Shown one piece after another: positions 43,580 to 56,246 of a stretch of DNA of 64,000 bases. This DNA is from Podarcis muralis (lineage: Eukaryota), in assembly GCF_964188315.1 (NCBI RefSeq), contig NC_135655.1:132742001-132806000 (forward strand). The letters are read 5' to 3'. Made by a program: the position numbers and the translations under genes. Position 1 is the first letter of the stretch. Every line of letters begins with the position of its first letter. The notes beneath the pieces were generated by a model that was not told the DNA's origin, ran no database searches, and saw nothing but the letters and a program-made list of their open reading frames with translations.

Positions 43580-43883
43580 AGATCACCCCCATTGTTCTGC
43601 CCAGACACTGAGGTCCAGTGCCGAGTGCCTTCTGGCGGTTCCCTCGCTACGAGAAGCCAAGTTACAGGGAACCAGGCAGAGTGCCTTCTTGGTAGTGGCA
43701 CCTGTCCTGTGGAATGCCTTCCCACCAGATGTCAAAGAGAAAAACTACCTCCAGACTTTTAGAAGACATCTGAAGGCAGTCCTGTTTAGGGAAGCTTTTA
43801 ATGTTTAATAGATTATTGTATTTTAATACTCTGTTGGAAGCCGCCCAGGATGGCTGGGGAAAAAATTATCATCATCATCATCA
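43580..43883 (+). mobile_element. L2 3' end
   Basis: Same 3'UTR as 37868, with an (ATC)n tail. Confidence 0.8.
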
Positions 43884-44726
43884 CAAAGCTGCCTTTACCA
43901 GTTTTACTTCCTACCTGCCCGCCACTGAGTGGAGGTCTGCAGGCACCAGTTGGGAACCAAACTGGGCTAACTGGTGGCTCTCTCTTCCTTGGTTCTTTCA
44001 GTTGCTCTGAAGCTATATACCAGTCCATGGGGGATCCTTTTAAGTGAGGTGAAGTTCATTTTCCTACACATTTCACCCAGTTCAAACTACACTTTTCTCA
44101 GTCTAGCAAAAAAAAATTCTTAAGAGTAGGGATGGGGATAGTGCTGTTTCCATAAGAGGACAAAGCACTGGGCAGGGATTTGGCTGCTGGAACGCTGGTG
44201 ACAGGGGCCAAGCGCTGGACCATGCTGAGGTGCAGCTCTGTGGTATGTGAGGAAGTGCTGCGTGGCCCTGCCCACCCCTGGGGTTCCTGGAAGGCTGGCT
44301 ACAAGGGAAGGTGAGCCTCAATACTGCAGGTCCTGGAATATGGACAGTTGTGAGTAACATACTGCGTGAATTAAGTGGTGATGTTAGTCCTCCCTATCAG
44401 TGCTTTTTCTTTCTAAATCACCCACTACTACCCCGCCCCCCAGCAGCACACCTAACCTTCAAAGGTGAAATAAAAAACTAAGCATATATATACTGCAAGC
44501 AACCTGAGGGTGCAATCCAAATTCATGGTTGGCAGCAGTGGAGGTTAGAACTGTGTAGCCACTGCCACATCCATAGCTGTCTCTGGCACAGGAAAAATGT
44601 CTCTACTATGTGGTCCCCAGGCTAGCACAGTAGAGAGGCTGAAATCAAATCCATTACTACCACAGCGTGACCCAGCTCAGGATCCAGTACTGGCCAATGC
44701 CAACTCCCAAAATGCCATGGCAGGGA

Positions 44727-44967
44727 TACAGTGGTACCTCGGGTTACAGACGCTTCAGATTACAGAGGCTTCAGGTTACAGACTCCGCTAACCCAGAAAT
44801 AGTACCTCGGGTTAAGAACTTTGCTTCAGGATAAGAACAGAAATTGTGCGGCGGCGGCAGCAGCAGGAGGCCCCACTAGCTAAACTGGTGCTTCAGGTTA
44901 AGAACAGTTTCAGGTTAAGAACAGACCTCTGGAACGAATTAAGTTCTTAACCCGAGGTACCACTGTA
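44727..44967. mobile_element. Tigger-type MITE (family A)
   Basis: TA-flanked TIRs; inverse of the 5552 copy. Confidence 0.87.
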
Positions 44968-45448
44968 CTACCACCCACTGTTTACATGGTGACATTCAGG
45001 CACTCACCGGAAGGGTTCCTTTGCCACATCCAACCCCCTTCCAGCACAGCCGGTTGGGAGTTAGGATTGTTCTGTGAATAGTACAGCAATCTTCAATATC
45101 GCATGTACAATAGAACTCTTAGCACTGTATCCAAGGTTTGCTTGAACAGAAAGCAGCTTGCCTAGAGTTCCCCTACACTGCCCTGTAAAACCTCCAGAGG
45201 GCTGTAAGGCCCTCCTGAATAATGTGCACTGTGTTTGTGGGCACTGGCGGGAGGGTAGAATAATCCAAAGTAGCGGAGGCACTTGGTGTGTGCATTCACC
45301 TGATTTTAGGTGATTCTCCCCCACGCTGGCAGCAGCTGCCAGCACAGCCATTGATGTTCAGAAGGGTCTTCAGCCCTATGGAGAGGCTTTTCAGAAAGAT
45401 TGTTGTGGGGTGGAGTGGGTTGAGCTGAGGAATTCTGGTTGGATCAGC

Positions 45449-45454
45449 TTTATT
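45449..45454 (-). terminator. Candidate MED4 poly(A) signal AATAAA
   Basis: First minus-strand AATAAA I found after the stop, about 700 nt downstream. Confidence 0.5.
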
Positions 45455-46150
45455 TCGTGCAACAAGTGGATACAACTTTATGCCCTCCTATTCCATCGTT
45501 TTCAGAAAAAAAGATGACTAGTGGTATGCTTTTGTTTGAGGGAAAGCTGTTCATAATACACCAAAGTTAGTTCAAGCTTATATTCCATATACTGGTCATA
45601 AACTGAATCCAGCAACTAACTTCAAATATCTGTAAAAGTTTAACTGTTTTCACATTGCATATTCTCTCTGAAAAGTTAGAGAGATGAATCCAGAGATTCT
45701 GTGAGTGAAATTCTCCCCAAATAATATTTCTGTTAATGGAAATGCAAATGCTTTCCCCAAATTCCTTCATGCCCTCCAACTATCCATTCTGACAAGGCTA
45801 TTAGGGGAATTAGTGAAAATTTCCTCAGTCTGTTTGCTATCACCACCACTAGAAAAAAGCTCCTTCCACAAATTAATCAGATACCACTTCCTGCAGTTGT
45901 TCTTTCTGTTTCTTCTTCAAGAATTTGTTTTATCTACACGTTGAAATAAATTGTGTTACAGCTGCTGGAAACAAGCTTCACTTTCTCCAGGACTGTTTCC
46001 AGCCATAGCTAGGTTATTCTGAACAGCAATTCATAAAATATAATGAAATAAATGTCAAAGTTGTAGACAGTTTCTTTCCTTGCAATGTGGCTATCTGGAT
46101 TGCAGAGCAGGTGCTTAATGATGTGCACCAAACAGACTGAGATGCAGTCC

Positions 46151-46323
46151 CTAATCTGAGTCACTACTGCTGGTTGATGAATCTGTTGACATGACTTCCA
46201 CATCATCTTCATTCTCCTTATTATGTCCAGGAGGTTCCAGCATAAAGTCATTGCTGTGATTAGGCGGTAGCATGTTCATTGACATGTCACTTGATTGCCA
46301 GGGATACTGAGGTGCGAGTACAT
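46151..46323 (-). CDS. MED4: MED4 exon 7, coding part (173 bp, TAG stop)
   Basis: [57 protein letters not shown]. Confidence 0.97.
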
Positions 46324-49300
46324 CTAAAGGAAAAATGAAATGATACAAAAATCACACATCCAGATATTTTCATAGCAGTGTATTTTAACAACTTGCAGTC
46401 CATTGTTATGCACAGTTTAGAAGTTTCACAGAACTATGCAGTTCTTTATTTCTAACTACAGTGGTACCTCGGTCTACGAACAGCCTAGTTCACAAACTAT
46501 TTGGAACACAAAGACTTCAAAACTGGAAGGTGTTCCAGTTAGCGAACTTTTTCTGGAATCCAAACATACTCTGTTCAGGGGTGCACTTCTGTTTTGAGTG
46601 CCACACTTCTGTTGTCTGGCAGCGGAGAAGGGGGTCATCATGGCGTTTCCTGCAGCAGCAAGGGAGGGAAGCTATGTGCCCGCCAGCCAGCCAGCTGGCA
46701 GGCAGGCGCGCAACTTCCCCCCCATGCCACTGCGGGAGGCGCGTGCTCTAGGGAGCATTTCCCGCAGCAGTGTGGTGGTGGTGGGATCTGTGTGGATCCC
46801 AGTTCAGCTACCGACCGACTGATTGATTGTGTGACTGCGGAAATGGATAAAAGCCCCCCCCCCATCCAAACAATGACTCATCAGTGCAGATAAGAATTTT
46901 TTTAATTTTTATCATCTACAATACTGTTTTATTTATTTTATACATTGATTATTGCTTTCATTTCAATTGTCTCGTTAGATAGTAAAATTCATATTAAATT
47001 GCTGCTTTAGGGCTTGTTTTTAAAAGTCTGGAACGAATTAATCCATTCTGCATTACTTTCTATGGGAAAAGCGTGCCTTGGTTTAAGATTGGACTTCTGG
47101 AACGGATAAAGTTCATAAACCAAAGTACCACTGTAAATATTTACAAATTATGCAATAAAACTACGTATCATTTCAACCTAAGACAAACCATGAAAATACA
47201 AGCCAACCAAAGTTAAATGTTTAGGCCCAATTGATTTCAGAGGGAGATTGGTACAGTGGTGCCTCGCAAGACGAAATTAATTCGTTCCGCAAGTCTCTTC
47301 GTCTTGCGAGTTTTTCGTCTTGCGATGCACAGTTTCCCATAGGAATGCATTGAAAATCAATTAATGCGTTCCTATGGAAACCGCCTTCAGACCAGGTCCG
47401 GGGACAGTCTGTCCCCCGACCTCTTCTGAAGGTTGGGGGGGGGGGACAAGGGCTTTTCTTCCCACCCCCAGCATTTTAAAAAACCCCGGGACAGCGGAGG
47501 ACTTCTCCGCTGTCCGGGGCGATCTTAAAATGCTGGCGGGCGGCATTTTAAAATCGCCCGGGACAGTGGAGGACTTCTCCCTGTCCGGGGCGATTTAAAA
47601 GCCCCTGGGAAGGCAGGCAGGGGGGACAAAGACTTTTGCCCCCCGCCAGCCTTCAGAAGAGGTCCTGGACCTCTTCTGAAGGCCGGCGGGGGGCAAAAGT
47701 CTTTCCTCCCCCCTGCCTGCCTTCCCGGGAGAGCGGAGAAAGGCAGCGCGTTTCTCCGCTGTCCCGGACGGCTTTTGAAGGCAGGCTTTTGAAAGCCGTC
47801 CGGGACAGTGGAGAAACGCAGTGCGCCATTCCCGTTGTCCCCCGACTTAGCTAGAAGGCTGGCGGGGGGGAGAAGCCTGCTCCTCCCCGTTGCCAGCCCC
47901 GCAAACTCGGGAGACAGCGGGAGAGGCGCAGCGCGCCCTTCCCGCTGTCCCCCGACTTGGCTAGAAGGCTGGCGGGGGGGAGAAGCCTGCTCCTCCCCGT
48001 CGCCAGCCCCGCAAACTCGGGAGACAGCGGGAGAGGTGCAGCGCGCCCTTCCCGCTGTCCCCCGACTTGGCTAGAAGGCTGTGGGGGGGGAGAAGCCTGC
48101 TCCTCCCCGTCGCCAGCCCCGCAAACTCGGGAGACAGTGGGAGAGGCGCAGCGCGCCATCCCGCTGTCCCCCGACTTGGCTAGAAGGCTGTGGGGGGGGG
48201 GGAGAAGCCTGCTCCTCCCCGTCGCCAGCCCCGCAAACTCGGGAGACAGTGGGAGCAGCTTCGGCATGGCTCTGGGTCCCGTTCTGGGGGAGGGGGAAGC
48301 TCGGGCTTCCCCCGCCCCAGCCCGGCGGTGGGGGAATAAATTTTTTTCCCTTTATTTCCCTCCGCCAGGCTTCGGAGCAGCCTTCCGAAGCCTGGCGGCG
48401 GGAGGAGGTCTCTCCGCCCCCCCCAGGCTTCGGAGGAGGTCCGAGGACAGTGGGGAAGACGCGTTGCGCTTCCCCGCTGTCCCGGAGATTTCCCTATGGG
48501 CTTTCGTCTTGCGAAGCAAGCCCATAGGGAAATTCGTTTTGCGAAGCGCCTCCAAAACGGAAAACCCTTTCGTCTAGCGGGTTTTCCGTCTTGCGAGGCG
48601 TTCGTCTTGCGGGGTACCACTGTATAGACATTACATAGCCTAATGGTTGAACTGTGGTTTGCTCTCCTTCCCATTCAAATGCCCATTTTGGAATTGAGAA
48701 TGCCCTTCTGTCTCTCTCACACAAGCTATTCTCCCTCCATCTTCACTTTTTTCTTTTGCTAATCACAGCTAGCCTATAACCCTTTAATCCTGCTTCTGAC
48801 CATGGCTTCAATGTTAATGCTATATTGTTGCAAAGCACAGTTATTTCCAAAGAGGGAGTTGTTCAAGGGATGAGCAGGAGCTACAATGTGGTTGTCCTGA
48901 TTGCCATATTATGGTTTAACAATTAAATACAGTGGTATCTTGGTTCTCAAACTTAATCTGTTCTGGAAGACAGTTCCAAAACCAAAGCATTCCAAAACCT
49001 AGGCACGCTTTCCCATAGAAAGTAATGCAAAACGGAATAATCTGTTCCAGACTTTTAAAAACAACCTCTAAAACAGCAATTTAGCATGAATTTTACTATC
49101 TAACGAGACCATTGATCCATAAAATGAAAGCAATAAACAATGTACTGCAGTCATACAATCAATCAATCAGTAGCTGAATTGGGTTCCACAGTCACACAAA
49201 AAAAGAGCCGCAAAAACAAAACGCTAAATAAATAGCAAAAACAGACAGACCTCAGAGTAACAATCAAAACAGAAGTGTGGCACTCAAATGGGAAGCGTAA

Positions 49301-52300
49301 GACTCAAAATGGAGCACGATCGACTTCTGAAAAAGGTTCACAAACCGGAGCATTTCCGGGTTTGCAGTGTTTAGGTTCCAAGTTGTTTGAATACCAAGGC
49401 GTTTGAGAACCAAGGTACCACTATACTGTTTCAAACATATTAAGCCACCCTTAGCTTAGTGATTGCATGCTAAATAGCAGTACCAGAATGTTACCCACAA
49501 CAAATATCACTTCTTTGACCATGTTGTTTTTGTTGATAAAACATTTACTAAAATTGAAATCATAAATGTATTTTTGTTCTCCCTGTTAAATTAGCTGTTG
49601 GCCAACTAAAGCACATATACACTATTTGAAACAGCTCTAATGATTTGATTCAGTGAAGAAGTTTCATTTCTCTCATTTCCCATTACCTGGCAGTCTGCCT
49701 GCTGCAAGTGCATCGCCTGGCAAGTGTCCGTTGACACCATTTGCTGATGGGTTGTTCATCTGACCCAGCAAACCACTCCTCATCTCCAGATCAGTTGGGT
49801 ATGGCCTCCGAGGGTCACCTTAAAAATAAACAATTGGTTTGCAATGCTTTCTTTTTTAAAACAGATTTTTATTAAAGATTTCTTGGTTTAGAAAAGTATG
49901 TGCAATGTCTCTTTTTTCAAGTTGAATTTTCTACAGTTTCATTTGTTGTGAGACATTTGTGTTACATTAGGAAGAAAAGGGGGAAAGAGGTGGAGGGANN
50001 NNNNNNNNNNNNNNNNNNNNNNNNNNNNNNNNNNNNNNNNNNNNNNNNNNNNNNNNNNNNNNNNNNNNNNNNNNNNNNNNNNNNNNNNNNNNNNNNNNNN
50101 NNNNNNNNNNNNNNNNNNNNNNNNNNNNNNNNNNNNNNNNNNNNNNNNNNNNNNNNNNNNNNNNATCGTGAAGCTGAGGCTCCAATACTTTGGCGACCTC
50201 ATGAGAAGAGAAGACTTCCTGGAAAAGACCCTGATGTTGGGAAAGATGGAGGCACAAGGAGAAGGGGACGACAGAGGACGAGATGGTTGGACAGTGTTCT
50301 CGAAGCTACCAGCATGAGTCTGACCAAACTGCGGGAGGCAGTGGAAGACAGGAGTGCCTGGCGTGCTCTGGTCCAGGGGGTCACAAAGAGTCGGACACAA
50401 CTAAACGACAACACATATACATATACGTATACGTATATATGTGTGTGTGTGTGTATATAGCAAGACAACTATCCAATCTCCATCAATCATCTTTCCTTTT
50501 AACCACTGTTCACCTAGCAGCACGCAGCATATCTGCTACATAGAAAAGTGTGTTTCGCTGCATCTGCCTGTGAAATTCAGCCAAAACTTGTACACAAAGT
50601 ATAAGCAGAGATAAAACATTTTTAGATCCATTTTCCAGTGAAAATACAGCATGTCAAACGTTTAATTGTGAAACGTGTTACCTGGCACCCATGTCAGAGG
50701 AGCGCAAACAGCATTGCTGGCACTAATTCTATGAGCATATTTAATTATTTCTTCAGATGAAACTGCCCCTGTGAGAAGTGGAGAAAAAAAGATGCAGTAG
50801 GTAAAAAGCCTCATCTCTGCATTATGAGATTCAAAAGCCAGTGTTTCAGGAGGAAAAGCTGTCACTGCTCGTTTCCTGAGCCACCAACTCCCCCTCATTT
50901 TCTCACCCTTGCACACTGATTTTTAGACTTGTACACATTGTAGACCACTACTGTGGATTTTTTTGGGGGGGCAGATCACTATATGTTCTTATGTTATGGC
51001 TTAGTATGTAGGAGGCTGCCTGGAAGTTTCCAAATTAAAACAATTCCTTCCTGTTTATTAGACCATTCTGTTCTGCACTCCAATGCAGATGTCATGAACA
51101 CATGGGTGTAACTAAATTTATATGTGCTGGTGGCAGTGATTAACAACCAAGCAAGTTTCTAATTGTTGCATGGTTTGTAATCAGAAACCTAGCTGAAGTA
51201 AAGTGTGTGTGTTGCATCTAGATGCCAACTACATCCTTTTTTCTATTTTGGATACTGTCAGGGTCATAGAGTCAGGAAGGGGGTCTTGTAGACCATCTTG
51301 TTCAAGAAGAGCCTTTTAAATAATTGGCAGTATTGTCAAACTGTTCTTATCCATCAAGCAGTTTCTCCTAATCTTCAAATGAAAACTACTCCTCTGTAAC
51401 CTAAGCCCATTAGATCTCAGGGTAGCTGAGTACAACTCTTTGCCATCTTCAAATATCTATAGAAGAGTGTCATCATGTCCAGGATGCTAAACTGAAAATA
51501 TATTTTAGGAAATTATGTCTACAGGAATGTTTGTGTGTTTGCATGCATCTGTAACTGTTTATCTAACTGCCATATGTGGTTTGGGAGATGCAACTTTTTA
51601 AAACTGAAAAAGCATTATATACGTTTCACAGTCTCACACACATATATAATTTATATATATATATTTTTTTGGGAGGGTGGTGGCCAAAGTTGTGTTTTTT
51701 TGTTTTATTTTTTAAAGAAAACAAGATTGTTGAACTTTTTCTTGGGACATTACTGACCACCCTTGCCTACTTGACACATTTACTTGAGACAATTAAAAGG
51801 TTTTCGATATGTAAAGATATAAATGCTAGAAGAACAGATTGAATAAAATCCAACAGTGAGTTGAATTAGATTTCTTTGGAAATTAATCCAAAAATTTGTT
51901 TAACATTTGTAAAGATACAATACTATACATATATTTTCCATGTAATAAGATCTGTCATTAGTTGTCATTTAAATGCTTATTTTCTAGATGATCTTTAATA
52001 GCAGTTTTTCACTGGAAAGCTATTACACAAGAGATATAATCACCACACGTCAAATGTAGTTGTGGAAACTGGCCGTAGAACTTCCTAAAACACACTGAAA
52101 ATATAATACTCACCTTTTCTTGCCTTTTCTATTGTTTTCAGTTTTTCTTTTGCTTGATAAACAGCTGTGGCCTATATTAAAAAAATACTTTCATTGGCGA
52201 ACAAATATGTAACCAGAGTTTAGTACAAGAGAATTCCCATACTAGTTGAACTAAATGTTTTGCAAGTTGACCAAACATTTGACAGTATCTTAAGAATACC

Positions 52301-55300
52301 TTACACTGATTGACAACACATACTTCTAGCTTTTGTTGTTGCGGAGAAAATACTAAAACAGCATAGCCTCCCAGGGATATATCAACAGCAAGGCTTGTCC
52401 ACATATCCACTATGGTTGTAAACGATCACTAGGTAGAATTTCTGTGGCACCTATAATTATTGCCAGGTGCTAGACTTCAGGAAACGGGAAACATTACTAC
52501 ATGGAACTAGAGGGAGGAGACAAATTTAGGGATGCCAATCCCAGTAAAGTGGAGAAATGCAAGAGTGGGAGGAGAAATGGCAGTAGAGGTCCTGGGGTTA
52601 AAAGGGAACAGAACAATTCAAATGAATGGGGTGATTGAAGTGGAAGAGTCTGAGAACCTAGACTTCTCAAGAGAGTTGAAGGAAACCTGGACCTTGGGTT
52701 GAGGATGCCATAGTAACTGGAGTAAGGCACTCAAAAGCTGGACTATTAGTAAAGTAATGTGCAGTGTATCTTATTATGAGACATGTAAACCCCTAACTGT
52801 GTTTAGAAGACTAATTAAAACGTTCACCCTTCACTGCATGGCAGATTTATTAGACATGGGTGTCATGCCCATCTTCCGACATGCCATTTTATTCACAGAC
52901 TCACCAATATATGCTCTGCTTCCTTCAGCTGTTTCTGAAGCTGCTGGATATCACTGTCCCTCTTCTCCACCACTTTTTCCAACAGCTGCATCTCATGATG
53001 TATTTTTCCTTGATCAAGGGCCAGTTTCATTAATTCTTGGAACTCTTTATCCCTCTGAATCAACAACTCCAGGATCTGTCCAACAACCAATGTGTATTGC
53101 AATTTTTGATTGCTAAGTAGAAATTCAAAGCTGAATTGGAAAGTATATATACTGTCAATTTCTGAGCAGTTTATTGAAATAATTCTGCTCTGAATCAGCA
53201 TTTCCTAAACTGTGGGTCATCACCTGCAAGTAGGTTATGAATCCTGTGTATCTGAATTGCATGCTTTATGGATAAACCCAAAACAATTATTGCTTTAAAT
53301 CCTTAACTGGTATGATGAATGCCACATAAGGCTTTTTGTTTTGTTGGCATATTATAACCAAATGTCAGGACGGCTTGAGTCTTACATTTTAACCCTTGGG
53401 AACCACCCTCTGGTGGCAGATCTGGAGACAGTTTGCTGCACGGTCCTCATACAGGGCGTAGATTTGAGAGGCTATTACAACCTGTCTCTGATGTGCAGGC
53501 TCCAAAGGCAGCAGCTACACACCGGAGGCAAGGTGTAAAAGTCACTCAGAACGACTCCCTGTACAAGCACCTTGTGGCAAAGTTAAGCCAAGACTGATCT
53601 GAAGTTTGCTTATTCGAAGTAAGAAATAACATCCGTATCCTACGAATCAACTAAGTCTGGAAACCATCAAACAGGTCACTTCATTGGCAAAATGCAGGCT
53701 CAGATATCTCATGGATACTTCCCAAAATAGACTTTCTTATGAATACTGTTTAAAATATTCAGTTGGTTATAGCTAACACTGCTTGTGTAACCGTGTACAA
53801 CACAAACAAAAAATAACAAAGGAGGTTGATCCCAACTTGTTTTAAGATTTTGTACACTAGTACCCAGTGTTTGAAATTAGCCAGGCACATTTTGCACCTG
53901 ACTATCTGCCACTTGCGACCAAGTGAAGATGCCTGGGGGCCAGTATAGCGCCTGACATCTCCGCCATCTGGAGGTGCATGCCTGGGGATCATGGATCTTG
54001 ACTGTTTTCACACACTAATACCACATCCTGTAGAATTCTATCCATTATATTGTATCTGCACAATCAGAATGAATTTCAGGAACCAAAATTGTAGCTTGTC
54101 TTCACTTACCCCACCCCACTGCCCTGCTCACAGTGTGATTGTCAAACTTGTTATGGGGGCGTTTCTGTTCTGTTTTTGTGGTATAATTTAAGTTGCTGAG
54201 GCCTTCAGGTAACAAGTGACAAACAAGTCTAATAAATGATAATAATACCAACAATACTAGTATTTCAAGGAGCTGGTTTTAACATGTACAGCCTTATACA
54301 GCTTGCGTCTTATACAGGCCTCTCCCAACAAAAATATACCCAGACCTTATGAGCTCTTTAAATGTTTGCTTACCTGCCTCTCCTCCCCAGGTTGTGCAAG
54401 TTTCTGGTTTCTTGAAATGGCCAACATCTCAATCAGTTCCCTGAAGCAAAGTTTCCACACAATGGAAAAAGTCAGTTGCAGTTTCTGAAAATTGAGTTAC
54501 AGCCTTCACTCCTCCACAGTAAATACCAAGTCTAAGTAGAAAGATCCACAGAAACACTACAGTACCATGTCCATGCCACTTACTTGGGCGAAGCCATATC
54601 AAAAGTATAAATGAAATACTGCCATCTACAGTAGGATAATCCTTTGCCTCTTATGCAAAGCAAGTATATTAGAACTGTATCAGTTAGTAGTCTTTCAGAG
54701 TAAAAGAACTAGGTCCATATTTCTTGACTAGAAAAATATGGGTAACCATAAGACCCAATTTTCTAGGGTTTGCTTGGATCTCTTTGGGCTAATAACTGGC
54801 CTGAAATTCCAGCTTTCAATTTCCTGGCTTGTTACATATTCACTCTGTTAATCTGTATCTCTAAAAACTTGAAAAAAGAAAACAGCCTTCCTGAAAGTTT
54901 TGTGGGGAAAAGGCATCTGAAATACATTATGATTGCATATAGTGCACAATCAACTCGTGCAATTTCAACTTTACACAGTTGAAAGCCTGCTCATTGAAAC
55001 TGCACAAATTAAATGCAGTACACACAAGGTGTAGGTGTGGCAAAAACCTAATAGTAAATTGTCCTCTCCTTCTGGTGCAAGTCAACAGGGCTTCAGATAC
55101 TGAGGATCGTGAATCCTCATCCTCTGTAGCCCTTGGTTTGGATCACTTATTTATTTACTTACAGCATTTATACCATGTCCATCATTCAAAAATATGTCTC
55201 TTAAAATTTTCTGTTTGGGGTACATATTTCTACTCCATTTCTCAATGGTCCTGATGTGGAGAAGGGGGACTGAGAATGGAGAACTGCCCCAATATCACAA

Positions 55301-56246
55301 AACAAGCTCTCCCCCAGGGCAAACACTATACTCCTCTCTCCAAAGGCTCCTTCCAGGTGACAAACAAAAACCAACCTGTTCTTCATGCACATACTCATAT
55401 GTACTCAGAAGGAAGGTCCCACTGAACTCAGTGAGTGATGAACCTCAATGAAGATTACTTCTGAACATGCATGCACAGACTTGGGTTGGCTGCTTTGGAG
55501 CCTTTCCACATGTGCAAGTGGACTCCTAAAAAAGTAGATACTAAAAAAGAGCAGGGGTTAAACTATTTGTATATTTGGGGACCTTGAGACCATTCCTGCA
55601 TTAACCTAGTCAATTTAATATAAAAACAACCCATTTATTTTTGTATGCAAATAAATCATGAAATAAAAACTAACTAAAAACTAAATAAGATCCCGCAGAT
55701 GGGTAACAAGGTGCTTTTGATAAAAATCTAAACTATGCAGCAGTTGTTTACATTTGTCTATTTATAAGTTTGCCTTCGTGGGAACCTCAGAGCGAACCAG
55801 GGTGCATGGCTGTTTCGCAGCTGCCTTCAACTTAACATATAATAGTTTTATATGTTTAACTGGATTTTTTAAAAAAATGTATTTCCCCCCTTCCCATGTT
55901 TTTGTTTAAACCTGTAAACCACCTTGAGTCCCTTTCGGGGGAAAGAATAAATAAATGAGTTCCTTTAAACCTGCAATAAAATCCTAATAATGATAATAAA
56001 CAATAAATAACCGCTCCTTTAAGCCTGCGATGTAAATCCTAAGGGAGAACAGGAGCGTCGCCTTGGCTGACCGACTGTAAGGCGGGCGGGGGAAGCCGCC
56101 GCCGCCGCGCAAGCCCCTCCCCCGCCCGCGGCTGACCTTCCCTTGGCGACCCACCTGGCGAGGAGCTCCAGGTCGTCCAGCGCAGCCAAGAGCCGCTCGC
56201 GGGTGCTGCTCCGCCCTCCGCCAGCCGCCACCGCCGCCGCCGCCAT
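46151..56246 (-). CDS. MED4: Mediator subunit 4, complete, 259 aa; exons 56246-56155, 54440-54374, 53075-52905, 52171-52114, 50768-50682, 49818-49687, 46323-46151
   Basis: [32 protein letters not shown].../[30 protein letters not shown].../[12 protein letters not shown].../[47 protein letters not shown].../[11 protein letters not shown]...[12 protein letters not shown]. All junctions GT-AG; 780 nt in frame. Confidence 0.98.
46457..47135. mobile_element. Tigger-type MITE (family C-like), MED4 intron 6
   Basis: TACAGTGGTACCTCGG...AAGTACCACTGTA; right arm homologous to 30463-31127. Confidence 0.83.
47252..48624. mobile_element. Tigger-type non-autonomous element (family B, long form, 1373 bp)
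   Basis: TACAGTGGTGCCTCGCAAGACG...CGTCTTGCGGGGTACCACTGTA; GC-rich interior with no transposase motif seen. Confidence 0.88.
47810..48257. repeat. GC-rich minisatellite, about 4 copies of a 110-bp unit
   Basis: Unit starts at 47831, 47941, 48051 and 48160; near-identical copies. Confidence 0.92.
48928..49425. mobile_element. Tigger-type MITE (family C), MED4 intron 6
   Basis: TACAGTGGTATCTTGGTTCTC...GAGAACCAAGGTACCACTATA; inverse of 30463. Confidence 0.83.
49687..49818 (-). CDS. MED4: MED4 exon 6 (132 bp)
   Basis: [44 protein letters not shown]; GTAATG donor. Confidence 0.97.
49999..50164. other. Assembly gap (166 N) in MED4 intron 5
   Basis: Run of N. Confidence 1.
50165..50412 (+). mobile_element. 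Bov-B 3' end abutting the gap
   Basis: Near-identical to the 3' end of the 34235 copy (CCCTGATGTTGGGAAAGATGGAGG...GAGTCGGACAC); followed by a TA/TG microsatellite. Confidence 0.92.
50682..50768 (-). CDS. MED4: MED4 exon 5 (87 bp)
   Basis: [28 protein letters not shown]; cAG acceptor, GTAAC donor. Confidence 0.97.
51262..51480 (-). mobile_element. Degraded CR1 3' fragment
   Basis: CATAGA tail remnant; diverged homology to 61292-62218. Confidence 0.5.
52114..52171 (-). CDS. MED4: MED4 exon 4 (58 bp)
   Basis: [19 protein letters not shown](G); GTGAGT donor. Confidence 0.96.
52905..53075 (-). CDS. MED4: MED4 exon 3 (171 bp)
   Basis: [57 protein letters not shown]; GTGAGT donor. Confidence 0.97.
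53865..54134. repeat. Copy A of a ~270-bp dispersed direct duplicate (copy B 60254-60964)
   Basis: GCCTGACATCTCCGCCATCTGGAGGTGCATGCCTGGGGATCA...GAATTTCAGGAACCAAAAT shared at about 90% identity by eye. Confidence 0.9.
54374..54440 (-). CDS. MED4: MED4 exon 2 (67 bp)
   Basis: [22 protein letters not shown]; cAG acceptor, GTAAGC donor. Confidence 0.96.

Noticed and set aside
47831-48257. Regular direct-repeat array that superficially resembles a CRISPR array, with repetitive ORFs
   Set aside because: The units are contiguous 110-bp tandem copies with no unique spacers, in a vertebrate intron, with no cas genes; the ORFs simply translate the repeat.
49900-50460. ORFs containing poly-X
   Set aside because: Artefacts of translating across the N gap into Bov-B.
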